64,000 nt of DNA from the NCBI RefSeq assembly GCF_026210795.1, contig NC_089431.1:4650001-4714000 (forward strand), written 5' to 3'. This DNA is from Rhizophagus irregularis (lineage: Eukaryota). Every line of letters begins with the position of its first letter. The first letter of the stretch is position 1. Position numbers and translations under genes: made by a program. This document shows, one piece after another, positions 26,741-38,700 of this stretch. The notes below the pieces were generated by a model. The model was not told the origin of the DNA and made no database searches. It saw nothing but the letters and a program-made list of their open reading frames with translations.

Positions 26741-29700
26741 ATGACCAGACATCATAATAAGAAATCATTTTTAAGTCAAGCAAAATATGATATTCAAATG
26801 CGGGCAAGGGCTATCGAACATAGAAGAAAGATTAGAGAAGCCACTATGTATGGTAAGACTGCAGGGTTCACGATCGGGCTAGTTTCTTCCCAATTGCATC
26901 CAAGGTTACAGCCTGAACGGAATCTTACTTAGTTATTTTTGTAACTAATCTCTTTTTAATTTGTAGGGAACGTTCAAGAAAAAATAAGAAGAAAAGACAC
27001 TATGTATGGTAAGTATGAAGGGATGGTGCGCACTGCAGGGTTCACGATCGGGCTAGTTTCTTCCCAATTGCATCCAAGGTTACAGCCTGAACGGAGTCTT
27101 ACTTAGTTATTTTTGTAACTAATCTCTTTTTAATTCTTTAAAATTTATAGGACACGCTCAAGGAAAAATAATAAGAGAAGATACTATGTATGGTAAGTAT
27201 GAAGGGATGGTGCGCACTGCAGGGTTCACGATCGGGCTAGTTTCTTCCCAATTGCATCCAAGGTTACAGCCTGAACGGAGTCTTACTTAGTTATTTTTGT
27301 AACTAATTCCTTTTTATTTCTTTAAAATTTGTAGGGAACGCTCAAGGAAATTCGATTGGAGAAGATAGAGAAGATGCTATATATGGTAAGTATAAAAGGG
27401 ATGGTGCGCACTGCAGGGTTTACGATCAGGCTAGTTTCTTCCCAATTGCATCCAAGGTTACAGCCTGAACGGAGTCTTACTTAGTTATTTTTGTAACTAA
27501 TTCTTTTTTATTTCTTTAAAATTTGTAGGGAACGCTCAAGGAAATTTGATTGGAGAAGATAGAGAAGGTGCTATATATGGTAAGTATAAAAGGGATGGTG
27601 CGCACTGCAGGGTTCACGAACTGCAGGGTTTACGATCGGGCTAGTTTCTTCCCAATTGCATCCAAGGTTACAGCCTGAACGGAGTCTTACTTAGTTATTT
27701 TTGTAACTAATTCTTTTTTATTTCTTTAAAATTTGTAGGGAACGCTCAAGGAAATTTGATTGGAGAAGATTACTTAGTTATTTTTGTAACTAATCTTTTT
27801 TTTAATTCTTTAAAATTTGTAGGTAATGCTCAAGGAAAAATAAGAAGAAAAGACACTATGTATAGTAAGTATGAAGGGATGGTGCGCACTGCAGGGTTCA
27901 CGATCGGGCTAGTTTCTTCCCAATTGCATCCAAGGTTACAGCCTGAACGGAATCTTACTTAGTTATTTTTGTAACTAATCTCTTTTTAATTTGTAGGGAA
28001 CGTTCAAGAAAAAATAAGAAGAAAAGACACTATGTATGGTAAGTATGAAGGGATGGTGCGCACTGCAGGGTTCACGATCGGGCTAGTTTCTTCCCAATTG
28101 CATCCAAGGTTACAGCCTGAACGGAGTCTTACTTAGTTATTTTTGTAACTAATCTCTTTTTAATTCTTTAAAATTTATAGGACACGCTCAAGGAAAAATA
28201 ATAAGAGAAGATACTATGTATGGTAAGTATGAAGGGATGGTGCGCACTGCAGGGTTCACGATCGGGCTAGTTTCTTCCCAATTGCATCCAAGGTTACAGC
28301 CTGAACGGAGTCTTACTTAGTTATTTTTGTAACTAATTCCTTTTTATTTCTTTAAAATTTGTAGGGAACGCTCAAGGAAATTCGATTGGAGAAGATAGAG
28401 AAGATGCTATATATGGTAAGTATAAAAGGGATGGTGCGCACTGCAGGGTTTACGATCGGGCTAGTTTCTTCCCAATTGCATCCAAGGTTACAGCCTGAAC
28501 GGAGTCTTACTTAGTTATTTTTGTAACTAATTCTTTTTTATTTCTTTAAAATTTGTAGGGAACGCTCAAGGAAATTTGATTGGAGAAGATAGAGAAGGTG
28601 CTATATATGGTAAGTATAAAAGGGATGGTGCGCACTGCAGGGTTCACGATCGGGCTAGTTTCTTCCCAATTGCATCCAAGGTTACAGCCTGAACGGAGTC
28701 TTACTTAGTTATTTTTTGTAACTAACTTTATTTTTTTGAATTTTGTAGGGAACGTTCAAGAAGAAATGATAAGTAGAAGTAGTTCAGGCCATGAAAATTT
28801 AAATAGACTTCATAAATTTACGCCTGAAGTACAAAAACAACAAAATAATTCTAATTTTGATACCCATTATCAAAATTATTGTAGATGTTGCAATTACTCG
28901 TATTGCAACTGTAAGGCCAAAAATCATTCATATTTTTGTTCTGTATGTAAATTTTACAAATGTTATAAAGGAAAAGGAGGTATATATGTTGTGCCTCAGA
29001 TCGATTCTTGCCTCAGATCGCAACTCACGCACCTCAGATTGAAATCGTCATGTGAGGTGCGTGATGTGGATCATTGATAATCTGAGGTGCCTCGGTTTTA
29101 ATCTGAGGCAAATAAAAAATTTTTTTTTAAAAAAAATATCGATTGTTTTCTACTATTTTTTACTATTTTATTAATCTGAAATAGTGTTAGTTTAACTCAT
29201 TAGTAACTACACTAAAAATTACTTTAATTATTATAAAGTTTTTAATAAGAACGGTTCTTTACGGCTAATTGGCTCTTTGAGGTAAGTTCGGAAGCTTTTA
29301 TTTTATTTTTTTTTTTGTTTTTTTCTTTTTCGGAACGGTACTAACCATTCCTACCTTTTCTTTTTTTTGTTAAACATTTTAAGTAGGTTTTTTTTGTTTT
29401 TTTCTTTTTAGGAGCCGTATTTAACCCATTTCTTTTTCTTTTTTTAATAGGAACGGTTAAAATGTTTTAAGGTAGAATTCAATTTTTATTTTATTTTTTC
29501 TTTTTTGAACGGTACTAACCGTTTTTTTTTCTTTTTTTTTTAGCATTTCGGCCTGGGCTCTCTCCCGGTAAATAGGTATGCTATAATGTTTACTATAGTG
29601 TTAGTTTCTTTCTCCTAGAACGGTACTGACCGTTCTTTTTCTTTTTTTTTTTTTAGCAGTTCAGCCTGGACTTTCTCCCGGTAAATATTTGGTGCTATGG

Positions 29701-32700
29701 TGTCTATGGTGTTAGTTTCCTTCTCCTAGAACGGTACTGACCGTTCTTTTTCTTTTTTTTTAGCATTTCGGTCTGGTCTCTCTCCCGGTAAATATTTGGT
29801 GCTATGGTGTCTATGGTGTTAGTTTCTTTCTCCTAGAACGGTACTGACCGTTCTTTTTTCTTTTTTTTTTAGCATTTCGGTCTGGACTTTCTCCCGGTAA
29901 ATATTTGGTGCTATGGTATCTGCGGTGTTATTTTCTTTCTCATATGTTTAAATAATCGGCGTATTTGTAAAGTAGAACGGTACTGACCGTTCTTTTGTCT
30001 TTTTTTTTAGCATTTCGATTTGGACTCTCTCCCGGTAAATAGGTGGTGTTATGGTATCTATAATGTTGGTGTTTTCTTCTAGATATTAGCCATTCTCTTT
30101 TCTTTTTTTAATAGGAATAGATTAATGGTTTTTTGAGAATAGGTAAATAAGATTTTGAGTAAGAAAACATGGATGTTAGAGAAATGAAAATTTATAATAA
30201 GAGGAACGAAAAAAAATTTAATGTAAAATCTGATATTGAATAATATAAAAATTGTGTAATAAATAAAATCAACTTAAAAATTGAGATTATTGTCAGGTGA
30301 TATGTGTGATGCAAATCATTGATAATCTTTACAAAGACACGACATTTTTTTATTACAGTTTTTTTTTATGGAAAACACGTTTTATCGCGTTAACAGATTG
30401 AAAACACATGTTTTATCTCGTTACAGTCTGAAGACACATGCTTTATATCGTTACAGCTTGAAAACACATGTTTGTAGCTATATGTTTTGTCATGGAATAT
30501 ACGTTTATCAGCAGAGATACATTTAATGGAATTATTGAACGTTACATTGGCAACCTCCCTACGTCAAAGCAAGAAAAAGCTTTGATAAATCTTAATTTTT
30601 TAAATAAAATTAAAGAAGTATTGTTAGACCCTAAAAATAATACTATTTCTAATAAAAATACACGTTGAGATCCCCCAATTCCCCCTGTCATCAATTTACA
30701 AGGTTGCCACATCGAACGGGCATTCTCATGGTCGAACGAACGAATGGGCGAACAAACAAACGAACGAACGAGCAATCAAACGAACAAACACGTGATCAAA
30801 ACATAATTAACGAACAACAACATCAGCGAACAATATACAACAACATTCTTGGTTCACAAAATAAATAGCGTTAGTAATATAAAACGTTGAGCGATATAAA
30901 ATAAAATATACTTCTCTTTCCTCAAATTATATCCACTTTCGATTTCAAACTGCGATAGCTCTCGCTACGAATTATTATCTTCCAAAGGTATATATTTAAT
31001 TCATCTTAAATTTTCATTAATTAAAATTAATTAATCAAACATTAATTAAAGTTTAGGGCGAACCTATTACCTTTAATTAATATTAAACTTCATTAATAAT
31101 TAAAAAATAAAACTTATATTTTATTGAGTTCTGTGGATGCGAACTGTGGAATTACTTTGAATTCCGTTCTCTATATATACAATTTTTATGCTACTTTCTA
31201 TTCTATCTATATACTATCTTTTATGTTCTTTACATATTATCTTTGAACTATCTTTCTAATATACTATCTATATTTTAAATACGCTATCTTTTAATATGCT
31301 ATCTTATATATTATTTTATATGTTATCTCTTCTATTATTCAAATATTACATCGTAAAGAAATAATTTATAACCCATCTTTTATGGCTGTGCTATCTTTTC
31401 TTTAAAATAATCTTTCAAATATTATATCGTAAAGATATAATTCATCTTTTGTGGCTGTGTTATCTTTTTATATATGTTCTTTTTAATATGTTGTCTTTTA
31501 TATTCCATCTTTTTACTATCTTTTCATATTATCTTTTATATTATCTTGTGTTCTTTAATCTTTCCGACATTATTTTATATGTTCTTTTAATCCACTTTAT
31601 GTGTTTTGCTTATAATCTATCTTTTGTGGCTTATAATTATTCTTTCTTATCGTTCTTGTTGTTAAAGATCGCCAAGCCGCAATTGATCGACTCTATTTAT
31701 CCTATTGGTTCTTTGTCAATCATTCAATAAATATTACATCATGCAGATCATTACTCTTCTTAAATGTTTATCCTTTTCGGCTAATTATTTATCCATCCAC
31801 ACCAATCCACGATTAATTTGTTCGTTCTTAATACTTGATAATTACATTTGGCGGTGGTGTTTTATCATCTTCTCATGCTTGATATTCGGCCGTTTACATT
31901 ATCCCCCTCTTCGCTATTTGTGACCTCACAAATAACTTTAAAAGAATCGAACTCGGGTCTCATTCATAATAATTTTAATCGAATCGAACTCGGGTCTTAT
32001 CGAATACCTCTTTTCCTTTAATTACTATTTTTGGTGTAAATCCCCTTCGATCATAAAATTTCTTTAACCATTCTCCATTTTGTGGTGTTTTTAGTATTCT
32101 TCCATCCAATTCTTTAAGTTTGTATGCTCCATTCCCAAATTCTTCGTGAATTAAATATGGTCCTTTCCATTTGCTCTGTAATTTTCCAGACCATTGTTTC
32201 TCTCTCCATGCTTCATATAATAATACTTTTTCTCCTATTTCAAATTTAGGTTTTCTAATTCCTCTTTTGTCATGTTGTTGTTTTTGTTTCTCTTGAGCTT
32301 CTTTCACATTTTCTTTTATTTTCCTTCTTATTACCGGTAGCTCTTCAATTAATATTTTTATTCTATCAGTTAATGTTATTTTATTTTCGTCTTTATCTAA
32401 TGGTAGTTTTGCTCTTCTTCCGTATGTTGCATAAAAAGGTTTAATTCTTGTTGATGATTGCTTCTTTGTCCTATATGCAAATAATACAGATGGTATATGT
32501 TTATCCCAATTTTCTTCTCCTAATTTGGCCAATCCTTCGCATAAAGTTTTATTGAATCTTTCGACCAAACCGTTTGTTTGTGGCCTATATGGTGTACTTA
32601 ATCTATGATTTATTCCACATCTTTCTACTAATTCCTCCATCATTTTATTGTTAAAGTGAGTCCCTCTATCGCTAATTATTTTCTTTGGACATCCATGTCT

Positions 32701-35700
32701 ACAAATTATGTCCCTCCAAATAAATTCTACTACTTCTTTTGCTGTAGCTTCTTTTAGTGGTGCGGCCTCGGGCCATTTTGTAAAATAATCCATTGCTACT
32801 ACAATGTACTTATTTCCCTTTTCTGTCTCTTTTAACGGTCCAACTATATCTATCCCAATCATCTCAAATGGTTCATTTATCTTTATTGGCGTTAATTCGT
32901 TCTTTCCTCTTGGTTTTCCTCTCATTTGACAATTCCAACACGTCCTTACATATTCTTCTACATCTTCTTTCATATTTTTCCACCAATAATTTTCTTTTAT
33001 TCTATCTAATGTCGCTTCTATCCCAAAATGTCCTGATAATTCATTATCATGCATCATGTACATCAATCCCTCGTATTCATAATCCCTGATTACTCTAAAT
33101 CTGTTTTGTCCTTTTATTCTATATAAAATTCCTTCTTTCAATTCATATTTATTCTCTTTTTCGATATTGTCAATTATTCTCTTATAATTATTTTCCTCCA
33201 TAATATTTCTTTAATTGATTCTACTTCTGAGTTTGTTATTTTCGTTATGTGTTCTATATTTTTAGTTCTGTGCTCTTCTCCATTTTTCCACCTCTTTAAA
33301 TACTTTTCTCCAACTACTATTGTCATTTTTAACTTTTACTCGACTGTATCTTTTGGTATCTTTATACACACTTTGATTTTCTTCAAACATTTTAACCATG
33401 TCCAAATATTCATCCTTCTTTAATGTTGGATATGATGATTTTTCCGTTTTCTTTGTTTCTCTTCCAATGTAATTTTTCCAACATACGTCACCATCTTTCT
33501 CTAAAAATATCACTATTGATTTATCTATCGTTTCTTTCAGTCTGAATATTTCTTTTTCCATCTCATGATTTCCATGTGGAGTAATTAATCCTCTGTCAAA
33601 ACTTTTCGTCTTTTGATAATAATATTCACAATATGGTGATTTGTCTAAAATTATTATATCTGTATCTTCATCATATTCTAACATTCTTCTATTTATTTGT
33701 TCCACTACTTCTTTTCTAAATTTCCATTCTGTATCCATCTTTGATTCGTGAAATTCATCTTTATCTTTTCTTCTTCTTTTATAAGTATTGAATCTTACTT
33801 TTAATCCTTGTTTTTCCCATTCTTTAATTAAATTTTGTACTATACTTGTTTTTCCCAATCCATCTACCCCGTCAATTATTACTATTTCTGGTTGATCCTC
33901 TACTATCTTTAATAATCTACTTAATGCGTCGGCGTTCGTATTTTCTTTTCCCGACCTATGTATTACTTCAAAATTATATTGCTGTAATTCCATTACCCAT
34001 CTTATTTCGCATCTTTCGCACCAAGTTGTACTCTCATTTATTAATTGTCCATATGTTATATTCGCTCTACAATTTTTCACGTCTCCCTCAATGTCATAAG
34101 GTCGTATTTCATCAGTTAATCTTGGTCCATACTCTCTGGGTTTTGTTGGTCCTCCTGCTTCTCTCCATTTTCTTAGTCCTCCTGTTGGGTCATAATAATC
34201 TTGTCTTTTATTACTCCATTTCATTTTTCGTGGTCCTATCGGTTTATCCCAATTCTGTTCAGTTCGTTCAGGTATATAATTTGGTGTCGTTGTACCACTT
34301 GGTATTTCTCTATCATCCATTCTACTTCCTGCTCCTCTTAATTCTTCTTGTAAATTTCCTTCTTCATTATTATTTTTATATCCCACTGTTGGATTCGTCC
34401 TTCTTGTTTGTCTTCTTGTTTTTACTGCGTTATCTTTTGCATACAATTCACTATGATAATTTAATTCTCCATCTTCATAATCATCGTAATATCCTTGTGT
34501 ATAATATACTCCATCGTATTGTGGTTCCTCATATCCATTTTCATTATAATCACACTTTTCTTGGTCATCATATTCACCTGTCATATTCACTCTTGCATTC
34601 CTTTTTGCTTTTTGATTTTTACTCGAGCCAATTTCGGGTCCTTTTATATCCTCTTCCACTTCATCTTCAAGATTCCATATTGTTAAATATTTCCTCATAA
34701 TTTCATATGTTGTTATTATCTTTGCAGTTACTCCAAATTTTCTTGTTCTTTCAATTTCCGTTATTTCTACATCATATCCCATACTAGTCAATCTTAACAA
34801 TTCTTCTTCAGTTGTTATCGTTCCAATATCTCCAAAAATCTTCTGTAATCTTTTTACCCGATTATCAATTTCATCGATATCCTCTTCTTCACAATCTTTG
34901 CATACGGTTCCTCCTAATCTAAACATATCATTCATCCATCTTATCATTTCTATTTTCAATCTTCTAAGCATTCTTTTATCTTTAAATAGATCGCTTCTTC
35001 CAATCTTTCGATTCCATCTTTCGGTTCTATATATTTACTATGCCATATTTTACTATTAATTTTTACTGCGCCTTAAAATTTCAAAAATTTTTCTAAGTCC
35101 ACAATCTCCTCAGGCTGCGGAGGTTTTTACTGTGCCATCAAATTTATCTTTTATCACCGATCTCCATAATTTCACATGTCACATCTTTTCGTCACTGTGA
35201 TTCATAATTTCACTTATCACATCTTTTTGTCACATCTTTTTGTCACCAAGATCCATAATTTCACATATCACAAACTCCAAAATTTTCATAACTTTTAAAG
35301 TTTGCGAACTTCCAATCTTTCTTATCGTCCACATAAATCCTTCTTACTATATATTCTATATTATATAAATTAATCTATAACACACAAAATGTCGTTCTTT
35401 TCAGATAAATGTCTTTCTTTTCAAATAAATGTTCTTTTTCAAATAAATATTCCTTTTCAAATAAATGTTCTTCTTTTAAATAAATATCCTTCTTTTCGGA
35501 TTTTACTCTATTATTAAATACTGCACGTAATGTTCATTATACGGCTCGTTAATGTGTAAATATCCTTCTATTTTTTCTTCTTTTAACGGAACATTGTAAT
35601 GAAAGCGTGAACTAGGACACTACACCAGGAACCCTCATCTGAAATGTAGCCTAGGACCTGTAACAATACAACATATCCGTCTTTTCCTCCTTCGTTGGCT

Positions 35701-38700
35701 GACTTGTCTCTTAACGGGTGAATCTAACCTTCCAAAATCCAGTTTCAAAAGTCATCAGCTATCCATAAAACTCATCTAAACCAACTTTCTTAAATTGGTG
35801 GACCTATACTGAGCTTATCTCTATCTTTTACCCGCTGGAGATACCCCACATTGAAATAAAAGCACGACAGTTTTCAGGTTTGTCCTATTTTATCCATTCA
35901 ATGTTTCTTGATAGTAGGTGTCTTTACAATCTTCATTCCCCGTCCCCAAAGCAATTCGTACGTTATTGAGCTGGGTATCCAGATTTGACGTAACCCATAC
36001 GTTATAATCTTTAATATCGAAGAATAAAAATTTTCCAATTTTGAGCATTTATCCAAAATCCAAACTCAGAGGTAACCCATACCACACAGATGAACCCCGG
36101 ACAATACATTGGTGTTCTCCCATTATTAATCTTTATTCCAAAATTTATCTTTCACTTCCCCATCTCCTTATGAAATTTCTCAGGTACTTTATTCCCGAAA
36201 GAAACATTCTTGTGCTTTCTATCGATTAAGTGATTACTTGCACAACTTCAAACTCCAATCTTTCGCCTTTTCAAGTTTTTAACTCGTTAAATCCTCGTTG
36301 ATTTATTGGTTCCTTTTGAACTCGTCAAAACCTGAAATCTAAAAATAAATTCTAAAATAAAATATTGATTAATAATACCTATCAGTGACTTACTAACGAA
36401 ATTAAATTTTCATATTCATTATAATAATAATCATGTGATGATGATCATTTCCTTTCTTGCGAGCATGCACCATATGAGATCCCCCAATTCCCCCTGTCAT
36501 CAATTTACAAGGTTGCCACATCGAACGGGCATTCTCATGGTCGAACGAACGAATGGGCGAACAAACAAACGAACGAACGAGCAATCAAACGAACAAACAC
36601 GTGATCAAAACATAATTAACGAACAACAACATCAGCGAACAATATACAACAACATTCTTGGTTCACAAAATAAATAGCGTTAGTAATATAAAACGTTGAG
36701 CGATATAAAATAAAATATACTTCTCTTTCCTCAAATTATATCCACTTTCGATTTCAAACTGCGATAGCTCTCGCTACGAATTATTATCTTCCAAAGGTAT
36801 ATATTTAATTCATCTTAAATTTTCATTAATTAAAATTAATTAATCAAACATTAATTAAAGTTTAGGGCGAACCTATTACCTTTAATTAATATTAAACTTC
36901 ATTAATAATTAAAAAATAAAACTTATATTTTATTGAGTTCTGTGGATGCGAACTGTGGAATTACTTTGAATTCCGTTCTCTATATATACAATTTTTATGC
37001 TACTTTCTATTCTATCTATATACTATCTTTTATGTTCTTTACATATTATCTTTGAACTATCTTTCTAATATACTATCTATATTTTAAATACGCTATCTTT
37101 TAATATGCTATCTTATATATTATTTTATATGTTATCTCTTCTATTATTCAAATATTACATCGTAAAGAAATAATTTATAACCCATCTTTTATGGCTGTGC
37201 TATCTTTTCTTTAAAATAATCTTTCAAATATTATATCGTAAAGATATAATTCATCTTTTGTGGCTGTGTTATCTTTTTATATATGTTCTTTTTAATATGT
37301 TGTCTTTTATATTCCATCTTTTTTACTATCTTTTCATATTATCTTTTATATTATCTTGTGTTCTTTAATCTTTCCGACATTATTTTATATGTTCTTTTAA
37401 TCCACTTTATGTGTTTTGCTTATAATCTATCTTTTGTGGCTTATAATTATTCTTTCTTATCGTTCTTGTTGTTAAAGATCGCCAAGCCGCAATTGATCGA
37501 CTCTATTTATCCTATTGGTTCTTTGTCAATCATTCAATAAATATTACATCATGCAGATCATTACTCTTCTTAAATGTTTATCCTTTTCGGCTAATTATTT
37601 ATCCATCCACACCAATCCACGATTAATTTGTTCGTTCTTAATACTTGATAATTACATTTGGCGGTGGTGTTTTATCATCTTCTCATGCTTGATATTCGGC
37701 CGTTTACAACGTAGTTGGATTAAGAAAAAGTTTAAGCTTGAGGAAATAACACCTGGTGACTATAGGGTAATTGTTGCAGCAAACAACAACCCAGTGTTGG
37801 CTGTAGAAAATATGTACGAAGTTTTATGTCGAACTCATGCAGAAATTACACAGCATGGTGGGCAAAGACAGACATGGAAGTCTATTATAGAAAGGTGGGG
37901 TTGGATTAAACAAGATATTGTAGAACAATTTGTTAATAATTGTACAATATGTGCAGTACGAAAACCATCATTTCACCCTTTAGCAGCAAAGCCTATCATT
38001 GCAAGGAATTTTCTATCTCGTGTGCAAGTAAATATTTAATTTATTTTATATTCTTTTTTTTATTATTATTATATTTAATTTATTTTTTATTTTTTTTTAG
38101 ATGGATCTTATTGATTTATCATTTGACGCAGATGGCGAATATAAATATATTTGCCATGTAAGAGATCACTTTACAAGATTCTCTTGGGCCAGAGCTCTTA
38201 CTTCAAAAAGAGCTATTGAAGTAGCAGCATATCTTTTTGAACTTTTCCATTTTTTAGGCTCTCCTCCAACTATTTTACAGTCTGACAATGGGAAAGAGTT
38301 TTGTGCGGGAGTAATAAAGGAATTAATTGAAATGTGGCCTACAGTAATGATTATAAATGGTCGTCCACGACATCCGCAGTCTCAGGGCCTAGTTGAACGT
38401 GCTAATGGAATTTTACAACAAAAGCTTGGTAAGTGGCGAGAGAATACTGGCCGAACTGATTGGTCTTTTGGTCTTAAATTTGTTATTTCAGCTATGAACA
38501 ATTCATGGTGTCGGTCCCATAAAAAAACACCATATGAACTCGTATATAGTGATAAACCACGTGGAAATTGTACTTTAATTGATGAATTATTTGCAAAAAA
38601 TATCTATAATGAAGAGGATATACCTGATACTATACAAATATATGATAGTATTGAAGATTTGGATAGTGATATAATAGATGATTTGCAAGGTAAGGTTTTT

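Larger units (their letters stand above)
30666..37708 (-). mobile_element. Ty3/Gypsy-type LTR retrotransposon, internally deleted (no PR/RT), 7043 bp
   Basis: TG...CA LTRs of 1233 and 1234 bp. TSD ACGT at 30662-30665 and 37709-37712. PBS and PPT on the minus strand. Gypsy-type RNase H tail and integrase. Confidence 0.92.

Noticed and set aside
27009..27150. Intron core as group II intron, hammerhead ribozyme or C/D snoRNA
   Set aside because: GTGCG and CTGA occur, but I could not find domain V, the CUGANGA/GAAA core or a good RUGAUGA box. Left unassigned.
26741..27962. ORFs 26741..26932 and 27756..27962 as small secreted peptides ending in RLQPERNLT
   Set aside because: The shared tail is read-through into sequence bounded by canonical donor, branch point and acceptor. 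The intron model is better, though intron retention cannot be excluded.
26853..28748. CRISPR-like alternation of constant repeat and variable spacer
   Set aside because: Eukaryotic context, repeats over 100 bp bounded by GT/AG, spacers are homologous in-frame exons, and no cas genes.
28981..28986. 6-bp TSD TATATA (Maverick-like)
   Set aside because: It would create an immediate TAG in the host exon, whereas a 4-bp TSD restores 32 more codons. No PolB, ATPase or capsid genes are present.
30542..31923. Short ORFs within the LTRs (also 36402-37540)
   Set aside because: Low-complexity readings of gaac and tatcttt repeats, duplicated with the LTR, with no recognisable domain.
32793..34700. Plus-strand ORFs 32793..33089, 33846..34700 and 34495..34686
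   Set aside because: Antisense shadows of purine-rich retroelement ORFs, giving Leu/Phe/Ser-rich artefacts.
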